A stretch of 64,000 nt of DNA, taken from NCBI GenBank assembly GCA_951406725.2, contig OX597814.1, positions 118,296,001-118,360,000 of the forward strand. The letters are read 5' to 3'. The position numbers and the translations under genes were made by a program. This document shows, one piece after another, positions 11,782-24,320 of this stretch (position 1 is the first letter of the stretch; each line of letters starts with the position of its first letter). The notes below the pieces were generated by a model, which saw only the letters and a list, made by a program, of their open reading frames with translations, was not told the origin of the DNA and searched no databases. The DNA is from Octopus vulgaris. Lineage: Eukaryota.

Positions 11782-13062
11782 CGAGGGGCGTTCAATAAGT
11801 AATGCCCCTGACCCACTTCCCATAGCAGTAGAGCAACGACACTTGGCACAGTTATTAGTCTTTTTCTACATAGGAACCACCCATAGTTACGCATTTCTCC
11901 CATCGTTTGATGCAGCTCTGGAGACCGTTTTTGTAGAAGAACCCAGCTTGGTCCTCCAAGCTCTACGTGACTTCAGAAATCAAGGCTGCATCATCCGGGA
12001 AACGCTTTCCTTTCAAAAACAACTTCATGATTGGGAAGAGGTGAAAATCAGAGGGTGCAAGGTCAGGAAAGTAGGGGTGATGGGGAGGAGTTCATAGCCA
12101 TGCGCCTGTGCTTCTGATCTGGCGACAAGCGGGTTGTGGACCGGAGCGTTGTCCTGCAGGAGGAGGATGCCTTTGCTGATCTTGCCCCGTCTCTTGATTT
12201 TGATAGCTTCTCTTAATTTCCTCAAAAGTGAAGCATAATAGGCTCCTGCAATTGTGGTACCCTTTGCCAGGAAATCTGTCATCACTACTCCGTCCTGGTC
12301 CCAGAAGACTGTGAGCATGACCTTGCCAGCGGAGGGCTGCACCCTTGCCTTCTTTGGAGGGGGTGAGTCACGGTGCTTCCACTGCATTGACTGGGCTTTG
12401 GTCTCTGGATCATCGTGATGGACCCAGGTTTCGTCCTGTGTAATCAGTCTTTTGAAAAATTTTGACTCATCTTCTTGGCACATCTCCAAATTCACCCTCG
12501 AGCGTTCTTGCTTCTGGAAAGGCGTGAGCAACCTGGGAATCCATCTGGCAGGCACCTTTTGCATAGGTAAATGGTCATGAATGATAGTTTCCACAGACCC
12601 GGTACTAATCTTGACCTCTTGGGCTATTTGGCGAATAATTATGCGTCGATCTTCCAAAATGGCAGCCTCAACTTGACGGACAGATGCCTCATCAATGGCA
12701 GAAGGGGCGACCAGATCTGGGAGCTGTTTCCACAGAGTTCCGACCATGTTTGAATTCACGATGCCAGCGTTTTACAAGGTCATATGATGGGGCAACATCA
12801 CCATAAGTTACTTTCATTTCATCAAAAGTCTCCCGTGGTGTGCGTCCTTTCAAATACAAAAACCGGATCACTGCTCGACACTCAACAGGCTCCATTTCAC
12901 ACTTGACTCGGTTCAAACACCTGTAAATCAGAAACCACAATTAATTCAGAGCTGTAATTTGCCACTTACTCTATAGAGATATAAATGATTGCACATGCAA
13001 AATGTCAGCTAGATCAAACAACTGCAAGTGGGTCCGAGGCATTACTTATTGAACGTCCCTCG
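11782..13062 (-). mobile_element. Full-length mariner transposon (DD34D, irritans-like TIRs), frameshifted transposase
   Basis: 1281 bp with TIRs cgaggggcgttcaataagtaatgcc and TA TSDs (11780-81, 13063-64). Transposase from ATG 12895 (MEPVECRAVIRFL) through WIPRLL, DETW, LQDNAPVH, PYFPDLAPSD to YVEKD* near 11855, with at least two frameshifts. Confidence 0.97.
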
Positions 13063-14607
13063 TATACTAAACGGTTATACAAGAGAGATTCTACAGAAAG
13101 ACTTTGAGTGATGTGACTGAGAAGTTTATTTTGTTTTTTCAAGATTACGGAATGTAGTGTATATCTTATTTATGATATAAGTAGTAATTTACGTCTGCTA
13201 ATGCGACTTGTAAATTATCAATCTGAGTTTTTTTGTTTTCCCGGGAAATTTTAGATTGAATTCTTTAAACGATTCTGTTCAGTATTTCTGTTTCACTGCA
13301 AGTTGGATCCATTTGTTGTATATATTATGATCACATCCTCTCTATACAAACTTATATTTACAAGAGCAAATTATTCTATCTGTTTCATAACTCATTGTGA
13401 AATGCATATAAGATCAAGAACCTTTATTGCACAATAGCTATTTAAAGCTTATTTGTGTTTGGCAGGAAAGGAATCCTTATGGTTCCTTTGCAGATTCTTA
13501 AGAAAATGAATATCAGTAACGTTTAGAGAATAACTTGATGGAGAATAAGATTTTTTAGGAACAAAGGTTTTTAGCGGGTGGCATAGAAGCCAACTATTCA
13601 AAAGTAAGAAAATGTGTGGCTGTGTTTATCTTGTACTATTATGTCATATATGTTCCTCGCAGCTTTAAAAAGCGATTCAGCTCCAACAATAGATTATAAA
13701 TGGTTTCATTTATTGATGTTAATGTCAAGTTATAAACATTATCTTATTTCTATTTGTGGAAACGATCAGTTTGTGTGATTGCGTATAATACATGCACCAC
13801 TATACGCAAGAGGCCTACAATATAGGGGAGGGGGTCTAATCAATTACATCGACCCGAGTGCTTAAAATATCTTCATTTTGCAACTCTCCTTTAGAGACCA
13901 GTTCAGTGACCACCAACTCTCTCTAAATCTAGAGTAGTAACAAAAAGTAATGTTAGCAATACAACTTTAAAAATTCGTATAAATGAAAAGAGTTCAGTAA
14001 ATAAATTGATAGAAAAAAAGATGCATGATTGATATGCATAAATACGTAGGAAGAGAATATAATTTGCATTATAGAGTATTGGTAATTATAGAGTATTGGT
14101 AATTAGGGTAAATATTATGTTACATATGTTATAGAGTAATGTTATAGGTGTTGGTACTTAGGGTATTATTATTTTACATAAATTAAATTTATGATAAAAT
14201 GCTGAATATAAATACAGGTTGAATTATAGAAAATTTAACGTTGCGTTATACAGTGTACATAACAATTACAAAGTCCATTGTTTCGAATTTCTTACTGGGC
14301 AATTCATTTATAATATTTGATAAATAATATTCTAACAATATTCTTTAGATAATATTTGTAACGGTTCATAAGGTCCTTCTATCAGTTGAAAATTTTTCTG
14401 TACATCGTACAACAATCCGATATTTTACATCAGATTGCTTGATATTGCAAACTTTAACCAATGGAAGTAATCATGTCATATATGAAAATGAAGCATACAT
14501 GCAATATTGTAATTACTAAATGTGAAAAATAGATGAAAATGATACTTTAGGTTGGCTAGTAAACATTTGTGACTTTATGAATATACCCCTTACTTAAGAT
14601 ATTAGTA

Positions 14608-14750
14608 CGGTGAAGGCGCATGGCTTAATGGTTAGGGTAATCGGGTCACGACCCTACGGCGGTGAGTTTGATTCTTGCCCGCACGTTGTATCCTTGAGAA
14701 AGACACGTTATTTCACGTTGCTGCAGTCCACTCAGTCGGCAAACATGAGA
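14608..14750 (+). mobile_element. SINE family 3 (tRNA-like head, 3'-truncated)
   Basis: tgaaggcgcatggcttaatggttag...ccttgagaaagacacgttatttcacgttgct; homologous to 32082 and 38088. Confidence 0.75.
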
Positions 14751-14754
14751 TCTT

Positions 14755-15263
14755 GTCAGAAGATCTCTATCCGCGTAAAACAGCGTTGTGCGTATGATGG
14801 GCCTGGGAAGCGATTACCCATTACGAATTGCTTGAACGGAACCAAACGGTCAACAGATAGAACGACGCAACACGGCTATTCAAAAGAAAAGACCTAATCG
14901 GCAGCATGTACTTCTGCTGCACGACAACGCCAATATGACAAAGGCAGCCATTCAAACGCATGGCTGGGAAGTGACGCCACACCCGACGTTCTCTCCTGAT
15001 TTATCACCAACGGACTTCAACATCTTTCGATCTCTTTCAAATTGTATGAGCAGAGTTTCGTTCAATACTTATGCAGAACTGAGAGCTTAGTTGGATCGAT
15101 TTTTCGAGTCGAGATGGGGTGATTTCTACCTACGAGGTATTGAAAATTTTGTTGAACTTTGGGAAGAAGATGTAAACAACAAGGGTGAATACATTATTAA
15201 TTAAATAGTTATTAAACCTTTTAAAAATTAAAAAAAAACTGCAGGAACTTATTTGCCAACCCA

Positions 15264-15265
<2 letters not shown>
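14755..15265 (+). mobile_element. Second 5'-truncated mariner, same family as 310-856
   Basis: Nucleotide-similar to 310-856 (ttacgaattgcttgaacggaa...; tctcctgattt..caccaacgga; aagggtgaatacattatt). Right TIR acttatttgccaacccaa. Confidence 0.9.
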
Positions 15266-15344
<79 letters not shown>

Positions 15345-17100
15345 CTTTGATACTTTGGTATGTTTCGACCAGTATCGGCCCAGGCCATGTCTAACTTAAG
15401 AGTAGCACTTGGCCAAAGTCATTGAAATCGAGAATCGGACAGCATAGCCCAGTCAAGTATAGAGTTATTGTTTACGGAGACATAGCCGGGATTATTTGAG
15501 TGAATTAGTCGCAATACTTCTTGAACTTTATGGGGTCTGTCTCTGCTGTAATGAGGTTTGGTGTAATGTTAAAAGAGCGGGAACAATTGAGGTGAAATAA
15601 TTGTACCGTATTGTTGTTATGTGATGCACGTATGATCCTTGTTGTGAGAGGATAACACGAGGCTCCAGTCTCGTGTGCATCTGAAAGGTGATGCTCACAT
15701 CCTTTGGGCAATGTTGATGGAATATGTTTCACATCCTGCAGATGATGTAGCTCCCACGGCAGCGTTGGAGAGAATAAAGCTTGCGATTTTCTAGTCGATC
15801 CCAATAGTCAAGACCTGTCATGCAATCTAGCTTTTTTTGTCATTGGCCTTTGAGGTGCTTCAATTTTCCAGATACTTTGTTTCGTCTCGAGAGACCACAG
15901 TGGACAGCAGTATTGCAGATGGGGTCGAGTAAAACCGAAGAAAAGAAAAGAAGGATAATGGTGCAGATATCTTTCGACTGGAAAGTTCTGAGGATCCAGG
16001 AACACATTCTGCGGGCAATATCAACTGTGGTGTTTATATGAGTGGCCCAGCTTATGTTGCGGTCCACAATTACTCCCAAGTCTCTGATGCTGTTGCAAGT
16101 CATTGGAGTTTCACCTGAAGGAAGGGTGTATGGGTGTTTCAGGGTATCCTCTTTTCCGAAGTGGATTCATTCAAATTTGTCCTCGTTCAGTTGCATAATT
16201 ATTCTTTTCCGCTCAGTGGATGACAGCCACTAAATTTGACTGAAGTCATGCCCGGTCACCCATTTCATTGATGACGTTCTGGATATTGGAATCATCTGCA
16301 AAGATTCTTATGTTACTCTGCTTGATGATGTCAGTATTGTCATTGATGTAGTTGAGAAAAAAAGTGGGGCCAACACCACTACTGATTTTGGTTGGGCTTG
16401 ATATTTCTCCTTCGACTACAACGTGTTGGGTTCTGCCTGTCAGGAAACACTGGATGCATTGTAGTAACTTTCCCGAAACATCAATGTTGACTAGTTGTTT
16501 CAAGAGGATCTTATGGTCTACCCTGTCAAAGGCTTTGCTGAAATCAAGATAGATGACATCAGTACTCGAGCCCTTTCCCAAAGCTTTCAAAATATCGTCA
16601 AGGTGATGAAGAAGCTGCGTTAGGTATGTTGGTTGGGGTTCAGCAGTCTATTGCTTTCAAGAAAGCTGGTTATCCATGATCTCACCACCCTCTGAAGTAA
16701 CTTGATGATATGAGAGGTGAGCAAGATTGACCGGTAGTTCACTGCAAGGGACTTTTATGAAAACTGTGACAACAGACTGGGACAGAAAGTTTTCAAGGAC
16801 ATAATCAGCATCCAGTGAGCTCCTAAACAGATTAGCAAGAGTAGATGCAAGTTGGTGACACCACACCTTCAGGACATAAGCAGGGAGCCTATCAGGGCCT
16901 AATGTTGAATTATGATTAATTTCGTTTATCGCCGCTAAGACATCAGAGGCGCCGAACGGTATGTCCGATATAGAGTGTTGAAGATTAACATCAATGACAC
17001 AGACCATATCGGCCACATAAGGAATGCTGAAAATAGTGCAGTACTGTTTCTGCAGCATTCCGCCTGTGGTTTTGACATTATCTTGGAGAGTGCCATTTTA
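15345..17100 (-). mobile_element. CR1-type LINE, 5'-truncated and decayed
   Basis: GPDRLPAYVLK, DVIYLDFSKAFDRVDH, IFADD, IRDLGVIVD, PHLQYCCPLWS and TDPIKFKK in ORFs 15505-17058; flanked by (TG)n on both sides. Confidence 0.9.
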
Positions 17101-17146
17101 TTCAATGCTTGTGTGCGGCTGTCTTTCTGTGTTTATCCATGTTGGC

Positions 17147-17198
<52 letters not shown>

Positions 17199-17812
17199 AT
17201 GTGTCTGTCTGTATGTGTGTGTGGGTGCGTGTGATGGAATGTCATTTAACAATGTGTTGGGTCATTACTTGTTAATGTGATCAAAGAGGAGATGAAACTT
17301 TACCGGAGTTCAAACACAATGCAGAATTATAGCACGTGACCTTGTCTACAGCTATCTTTCTCTTTAATGTCCGAAAAGATAGATATTATTTATTACATGA
17401 TTAGCAGACTTATGTATTTTCAGGTGGTCAAGATCGTTTATTAGCTGCCATTACATGTAACATTATTATGTATGAAACTCGTTTATGCGCTCGTTGGATT
17501 TTGTGTCCTAGTGGAAAAATAGAAAACGATTGTGTTACTACATTTTGGATGTTTTAATGCTATTCCCATCGAAATCTATGGAAACCCTGAGGTAATTTTT
17601 GTTTATATTACCCTCTCAATAGTAAATGTATCCCATGTCACAATTTGAATATTATATTCTTTTCTAAATCTGACCGAAGGTAGATCTTTTATGGCTACTT
17701 TGGTTTCTCAGTGGTATTATCGAGAGCATAATTTTCATACATAATGAAGCCTTTCATGTTCCACGCCGATTATATGGTCTCTACCCCTCAGTTTCGAACG
17801 GCACACGACTAT

Positions 17813-17874
<62 letters not shown>

Positions 17875-19065
17875 TGTGTGTGTGCGTGCGTGCGTGCGTG
17901 TGTAGTGCGTGTGTGTGTGTTGTCTGTATGCCTGTGTGTGTCTGCGTATATATGATTACTGCCCGTTCATAAATTATCTTTGCAATTTCCTCAATTTATT
18001 TTATCATATCGTAAATGTAATATATGGACAACCTACATGCTTACACTCATGCAAACGTAAATATATATGAATAATATATATATATGTATACATATGTACA
18101 CAAACACATATACATATGCATATACAGATATATACATCTGCAAGTAAGTTTGTGTGTATGAAATGTTTATCTTGAGTCATTGACAGAAATATGTCTACGT
18201 AAGGCACTTAAACGGAAAATCCTGCATAAAATCATCGGATACATAACTATATTGATTATAACGAAACCTGTTAGCGTCAAAGTACAAAGCAACTCTGTGT
18301 AGTGTGAATGTTTATGGTCATTTGAAACGATCGACAAATTTGTTACGCTGCTATCATTATGTTGTACATGTCAAACCGCATTTATACCATTGATTGTGTT
18401 TTCTGCCAAAAGCCCTGATTACAATATTGTCATGGAAATGAATATCAGGTTGAAATATCGACTACTGGAAAAATAATTATACTACTTCCTACGAAGTATT
18501 GATTCATTTCATGTGTACAACATCAAATAAGACACTGTGTCATGAAACCCACAAAATCTCGTGATTGCTTTGCAGTCCTCCTTCGAATTTTTCTCAGTTC
18601 AGCCACCATTGATAATTTGTGTGTAAAACAATTTTCGGTATCACTACAGTACTGATGTACTAGAAATTTTAATCATTACAACGATTTGAGAGCCTACATA
18701 AATATATAAAACTCATTATGTTAAATTATCATAAAGTAATTATTTTATTTCAGACTCAATTTTGCTTGAGAGCAAAGAAACAATGATGATCTAGAATTTG
18801 TAATCTCGTTAGATTATTGCTGCATGGAGTATTACATTTTAAAACAAACAGGATAAAGTTCAACTTTCTTCAACAGAATTAATCTACAAAACCAAATTTA
18901 TAAAATACCCCTAAATATAAAGAGATATCTTTGTCAGCTTTTAGACGATAAACAGTAACAAGAAAATTTCGAAAAATATGAATTGTTTTGTACTTAAAGA
19001 TGGAAGATAATTACAAGTTAAATGTGCTAATTACTAAATTATTTCCATTCATTATAGGAAAAGCA

Positions 19066-19950
19066 TGGATACATTCTTGAAGGTAGTCTTAAATAGCCGA
19101 TGCCTTGCAATTATTTATAACGTGCGTCGACATAATAAAGCGATATATATGAAAATAAACTTCTTCCTTAAAGTTAAATCGTAGAAAAGGAATGACAATT
19201 CTCAAACTGACTCGTAAATATAATCTCTTTTACAGAATTATTAATTCAATTCATCAAATAGAATTCCTTAATTGAAATTTAAATATAATTATTATATCAA
19301 GTAGAGAGTAAAAATAAAATCATTTTCACAAGAGTAACACAATATTTTTGTCCGAAGTAATATAAATATAAATTATATTCAAACATTTTTTTGAACACAA
19401 TTTATCAACATATTTAGGATATTGATTATACGTCTTATGTATTTAAGCCCTCTCGTTTATATTCCATTAATGTTATATACAAAGACAATAAAAGATTAAT
19501 CAATTGAGACAAAGGAGCAAGAAGCTTAACATTTTGAATTTCAAACAATCATAATATTTTACTGTAGATTCCGAATCGAATAAGGTTACTTAATTTGGCG
19601 TCAGGAGTTCAGAGTTTCAATTTGTTACATTAATGAAGCTTCTTATGTGTGTCACCGTATTGCAAAGTAGTTTTAAATTCACGAACGCCCATTCTTAAAC
19701 CCTAGGCTCATACAAAAATCGCTCCCTCATACTCAAACATACATACGCTCATATCTGTGTGGGAAATATATATATATATGCATTTGTTGTATGGAGTTTG
19801 TCTTCCTTGTAAGCCATTAGGATAGTGCTTCGGTGGCTATCGAGTTGTTTTGCCTACTATTTCTACTAATCTGCTACTACATAGTATTCTATGTCACTGT
19901 ATCCGTCTATAAATTTGCCTTTAGATTGTTGGATTGCTAATAAGCCAGCC
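19066..19950 (+). pseudogene. Partial LRR/TLR pseudogene (N-terminal LRRs), directly after copy B
   Basis: Putative leader MDTFLKVVLNSRCLAII; remnants MTILKLT, IHQIEFLN*NLN, YVFKPSRLYSI, KLNILNFK, ICYINEASY. Confidence 0.4.
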
Positions 19951-20071
19951 ATATTATTTGATGCTATATATATACATATATATACATATACATACATGCA
20001 TACATACAATGCATATACGTACGTATATACATATATATATATACATACACATATACATATATATATGTATG

Positions 20072-20102
<31 letters not shown>

Positions 20103-20169
20103 ATATATATGTATATATAAGTATATATGTGTGTGTGTATAGATATTGACGTAAATGTCGAACCATGCG

Positions 20170-20450
20170 AATGAGTCATCGGTACTACATTTTGGATAGA
20201 GGATCTTTATTTAGTTAAGAAAATATCTTAATATCTTGACAATTTTTGCAGTCGTTAACATGGAGAAATTCTGTTCGCCTCCATAATGGATGGAAACGCG
20301 AAAAACATGGGAATTCCCTATAAGCGTCCCCAGAATTCTCCTTAAACAATACAATATATCAGTGGAGTGACTCTTACGCAACAACAATTCGGTGATTATC
20401 TCACTGAGGAGAAAACTGGAAAAAGGTGAGCTGAATGTTTGTTTATATTG
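20170..20450 (+). mobile_element. piggyBac (PGBD4-like) transposase relic
   Basis: KQYN/YISGVTLTQQQFGDY..KTGKR* resembles YNxxMGGVDxxDQxxxxY...KWW. Confidence 0.5.
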
Positions 20451-20479
20451 TGTTATATTCTGGGTATGTGTAACGTTTG

Positions 20480-21470
20480 TATGTTTTTCTGTTGAGGGAG
20501 TTCATCATGGGGCCAAGTGATTTCTTTGCGTGGAGTTCTTAATAAGTATACATTGAATTCTCACGCTCAGAGAGAAGAAACACTTAACAAGATAGGATGG
20601 GTGGAGTGGGTGCTTGTGAATGCAAGGAGAGAAGGTTCAATCTGTAATAATTAAAACGTTATCTTTTGATTGGATGATGTTTAGCTTTTCAGTAATGAAA
20701 AGCTCATATTATGTACACGGTTCTCTGTGTTGTCTGTGATTCCTGGTTTAGTAATAATGCTCCATGTCATCTGCGTATCGATTACACCCCCTTCTTCCAT
20801 TGTCCATGTCATATATAATAGGGGTGTTATTTTTTTCTCCGAATGACGCCAGATGTTATGTACGTCTTTCTTTGGACAAGTTACAAGTCATTTCATAAAG
20901 TTACATGTAATTTACATAAAAATTCAAATAGTTCACAAAGAAACATTGTAATTTTGGTATTTTTGTTTCTTTGTGAATCACCGAGACATCCCTCAGACAT
21001 CCTTAACATGAATAACAAGGGATTTACAGAAAGTATGAACAGCATCATAAAGAGGCTGTACCCTTAAATATGCCTATGCGATTCTCTTTTCTATCAGTTA
21101 TAATGCAATTACATTTTGCTGCTATTTTCATGATGAAGTCAGATCAGCTATAGCTCACTGCAATTTTAGCAAGTTTAAGGGTTTCTAGCAGTCATGGGTG
21201 GGAAACAGAGTCAGAATCTTTCTTGTAGTCTAGCCACATTGAAATTAGGTTCCTCCTATGCGCCTGCACCTTTGACGTTACAGTTGTTTTTTTATTAATA
21301 ATTGCTGAGCATATCCCCAGACTCCCTTCTTCACAGTTGCTTGTTCTATTTCGATGCCACTATTGGTTTCACGATGGTCTTTGAGGAAGAAGTTTAAGAA
21401 AGATGTATATATCTTATACATTAAGTTCTGGCATGCAACTGGTTTTTTGCCATGTCTGTCGTTTTGCATT
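20480..21470 (-). mobile_element. Dong/R4-clade LINE reverse transcriptase relic
   Basis: PVACQNLMYKIYTS, EQATVKKGVWGYAQQLLI, RNLISMWLDYKKDSDSVSH, GYSLFMMLFILSVNPL. Confidence 0.75.
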
Positions 21471-21487
21471 TAGTCGATGAAAGAATG

Positions 21488-21625
21488 AAAGGTACTTATT
21501 TAGTCGAACCCGAAAGGATGAAAGGCAAAGTCGACCTCGGCGGAATTTGAACTCAGAACGTAGCGGCAGACGAAATACCGCTAAGCATTCCGCCCGGCAT
21601 GCTAACGATTCTGCCAGCCCGCCGT
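21488..21625 (-). mobile_element. SINE family 2 (Meta-domain-like) fragment
   Basis: cgaaaggatgaaaggcaaagtcgacctcggcggaatttgaactcagaacg, near-identical to other copies in the window. Confidence 0.9.
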
Positions 21626-22420
21626 ACTACTACTGCCTACAGTAATCATTGCAGTCGCACCTGCTGTTTACCATAGTCGTAGTAAGGGGAAAATAGTCAT
21701 TAATCTTAACCAGTACCGTAGTTTGGCTGGCAGGCACTATGGAATCTGTTGGAATGTCGTTGACTGCGAAATCACGAAATCACGTGATACTCTCACATTA
21801 TTCACGTTTACGTTTTGGTTATAAAGTTGCGAAGCAAGTTAATTTCAGATTTTTCAATAAAGTTATAGTCACTAACCTTCCTATGTTCCACAAATGTTGC
21901 TCGTTAGCGTAATTGCTTCGCAGTAAAATGATTTCATTCTGGATGCAGTCCGTCCTTTTATTATTTCAGTCGATTCATATAGCCATCCCCGGGGTTTTGC
22001 TTCGCTTTTCATAGCAGTTAAATAGATCAGTACTCAATCCATAACTCCAAAAGAAATGAGTTTTTTAATCACGGTTTCTTCTATAACTACAGCTAGAAAG
22101 AATCTATTTACCTGTTGAGCTGTTGGTTTTCGTTATCTTCCTCAGTTGTGTTGTTGAATATGTTGTTTGTGTTAAATCTCAGCATTCTAATTTCAAGTTT
22201 CAGTCGAAAATCACTACCATCGTAAATAAAAAGGCTCCTTTAGTTAATTCATCTGAAGATTAACCAGTTATTTAACGGGGCTGATAGTTTGGGCTTCAAA
22301 TATGGAGATAGAAGTTATCGTATCTTCGAAAAATAGTCTCCTACGCCAAATACGCGACTTGTCGCTTCGTGTTTGTATTGTATGTATGTATGTATGTATG
22401 TACGTATGTATGTATGTATG

Positions 22421-22451
<31 letters not shown>

Positions 22452-22464
22452 GTATGTATGTATG

Positions 22465-23400
22465 TCTCTTCTATTTTTTAATTATCATAAATCTTCCACT
22501 GAGGAGGGAGCCAGTTTCCAACAATGATACATGGTTCCATTTTTGGGATGTAGTTAACACAGACAAATTCACATTTGTTACTTGTGAAAAGTCATGCATA
22601 TTTTTACTGTTTCACTCACAGATTGGACTTGTGATGTACGAATTGGTCAGTCAATTCCTCTTTCTGAAAATCTCACTTTCTCCAAATTCGCCTTTAAGCA
22701 TTTACTAACGAAAGGTGGTGCTCCAGATATCATTGTTATGAATATGAATTCATAGGCTGGATAGAGAATCTGGGGGCTTCGAAGCAGTTGTCCATAGTTA
22801 TCTTACTTTTCTTTGATTTTCCAGAAGATATTTATAATATCATTGACAATGCCGACCTGGTAGAAACATGTCTAGTATTCTTACACGGCCGGTGTCAGAA
22901 TGAATTTCCCCTGTCTCCTATGTATAATTCATTATAAAACACAGCTTATCCATAAGAAATATTATCTCAGGTCATGTCCTGCAGTAATGACGCGTTATGC
23001 GTTATATTTGCGTTGAAGATTATATATAGATTGATACATAAAAGAATAAAAGAATATGCATACATACAGCTAACCTCTACCATAGTACTTACCTTTTCCC
23101 CTCTGTCACAAACAACAATATCCTGTTTGTTATGCTTACATTTGACAGAAGTTTTGATGAGATTATTCCACTAGTATTCCTTGAGTTGGTGTTTATGAAT
23201 GTATTCCATAACAGGGATTTTCCAAGTTTATTTCAGGACAGTCTTTTTTGTGGATGGCATTGCAAATTGTTTTAGCAACAACATCGTGCCGCATAGGGAG
23301 GTAGTACCGTGACAACATTGTAGGACAGCTTCTAATCACATGCGTAATGTTTTCCACAGAAACATGACACAGCCTACACATGCCGTTGCACCTTGAGATT
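22465..23400 (-). mobile_element. Dong/R4-clade LINE 3' end (CCHC knuckle plus restriction-like endonuclease), within (TATG)n
   Basis: CRLCHVSVENITHVIRSC..RHDVVAK, HNKQDIVVCD..VEVSC and KIKEK*DNYGQL. The 3' UTR runs into (CATA)n; (TATG)n lies at 22375-22465 and 23418-23527. Confidence 0.85.
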
Positions 23401-23754
23401 ACATGAACGTCACTGAATGTATGTATGTAAATATGTATGTATGTATGGATGAATGTATGTATGTATGTATGTATGTATGTATGTATGTATGTATGTATGT
23501 ATGTATGTATGTATTATGTATGTATGTGTGCATATTCATTTATTCTTTTATGTATCAATCTATATATAATCCTCAACGCAAATATAACGCATAACGCGTC
23601 ATTACTGCAGTACTTGACCTGAGATAATATTTCTTAAGGATAAGCTGTGTTTTATAATGAATTATACATAGGAGACATGTGAAATTCATTCTGATACCGG
23701 CCGTGTAAGAATACTAGATATATTTCAACCAGGTCGGCGTTGTCAATGATATTA
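22835..23754. repeat. Inverted repeat of about 230 bp (arms 22835-23068 and 23520-23754)
   Basis: The arms are reverse complements at roughly 90% identity by eye, e.g. ctagtattcttacacggccgg and ccggccgtgtaagaatactag. Confidence 0.92.
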
Positions 23755-23984
23755 TTCACAAAAAGCTGCATGCCCAGTTGAAATTTATCGCCAGCGGTAT
23801 CGAAAAATATGTGAATAGACAATTATTTCAGCTGAGAACAGCCACCCGCGTGAATAGAAATCCGTTATATACAACAGAAGCATTATTAGATTTAAATGGT
23901 CATCTGTGTATTGTATTCAATGTAAATACATTTCACTAAGCAAATCTATTACAACATTTGACTGGGGATAATATATCCTATGTA

Positions 23985-24320
23985 AGGTATAAAGACTCCC
24001 TTCAGGCATGAATGTCCATGGGATTGCACTATAAAGTTCCCCTCTGAAGCACAATTCCTGGTATGGTTGCTTTATGGAAGACCAGCAGTTACCCATGCAT
24101 ACCAGTCTCTCCTCTCCATGCCATCGTTTTTATGCAAGAGAAAGTCATATACCGGTACAGCTTGTCACCATTGACATTGCAATTCATTTCCGCATCTGGG
24201 TGAACTGGAGCAACGTGAAATATAGTGGCTTGCTCAAGAATACAACACACAATCAATACCAGAAGTCGAACTCACTAACTCATATATATGAGCCCGTTCC
24301 TATAAACACTGAGTCTTGTT
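23985..24320 (-). mobile_element. SINE family 3, near full length, decayed
   Basis: Reverse complement matches 38088-38378 (ggagcaacgtgaaat..cttgctcaagaa.acaac; 3' end gaagggagtct). Confidence 0.75.

Larger units (their letters stand above)
11426..19010 (+). pseudogene. Decayed Toll-like receptor pseudogene B (LRRNT, LRRs, TM, TIR)
   Basis: LRRNT-like QCQ*..D*CDQQNL (~11520-11600); LRR remnants IINLS (~13215), LYLQEQI, PYGSFADS..LENNLME (~13475-13540), YSFLNL, IHNEAFHV (~17740). TM-like KFVTLLSLCCTCQTAFIPLIVFSA (~18340), then YRLLE..DSFHVY..LIICV and TIR-end-like LIYKTKFIKYP (18879-18911) in one stop-riddled frame. Confidence 0.6.

Noticed and set aside
11744-12097. 117-aa plus-strand ORF
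   Set aside because: Antisense shadow of the mariner transposase.
19891-20179. Many ORFs of [12 protein letters not shown] and LSIY type here and across the window
   Set aside because: They are translations of (TA)n, (TG)n, (TATG)n and (TCTA)n microsatellites, not genes.
21975-22372. Possible minus-strand Helitron remnant
   Set aside because: A hairpin-like end is present, but the CTAG and 5' TC termini are not recognisable.
22835-23754. Inverted repeat interpreted as TIRs of a DNA transposon carrying a LINE fragment
   Set aside because: There is no TSD, and the LINE ORF continues outside the left arm, so the arm was inserted into the LINE.
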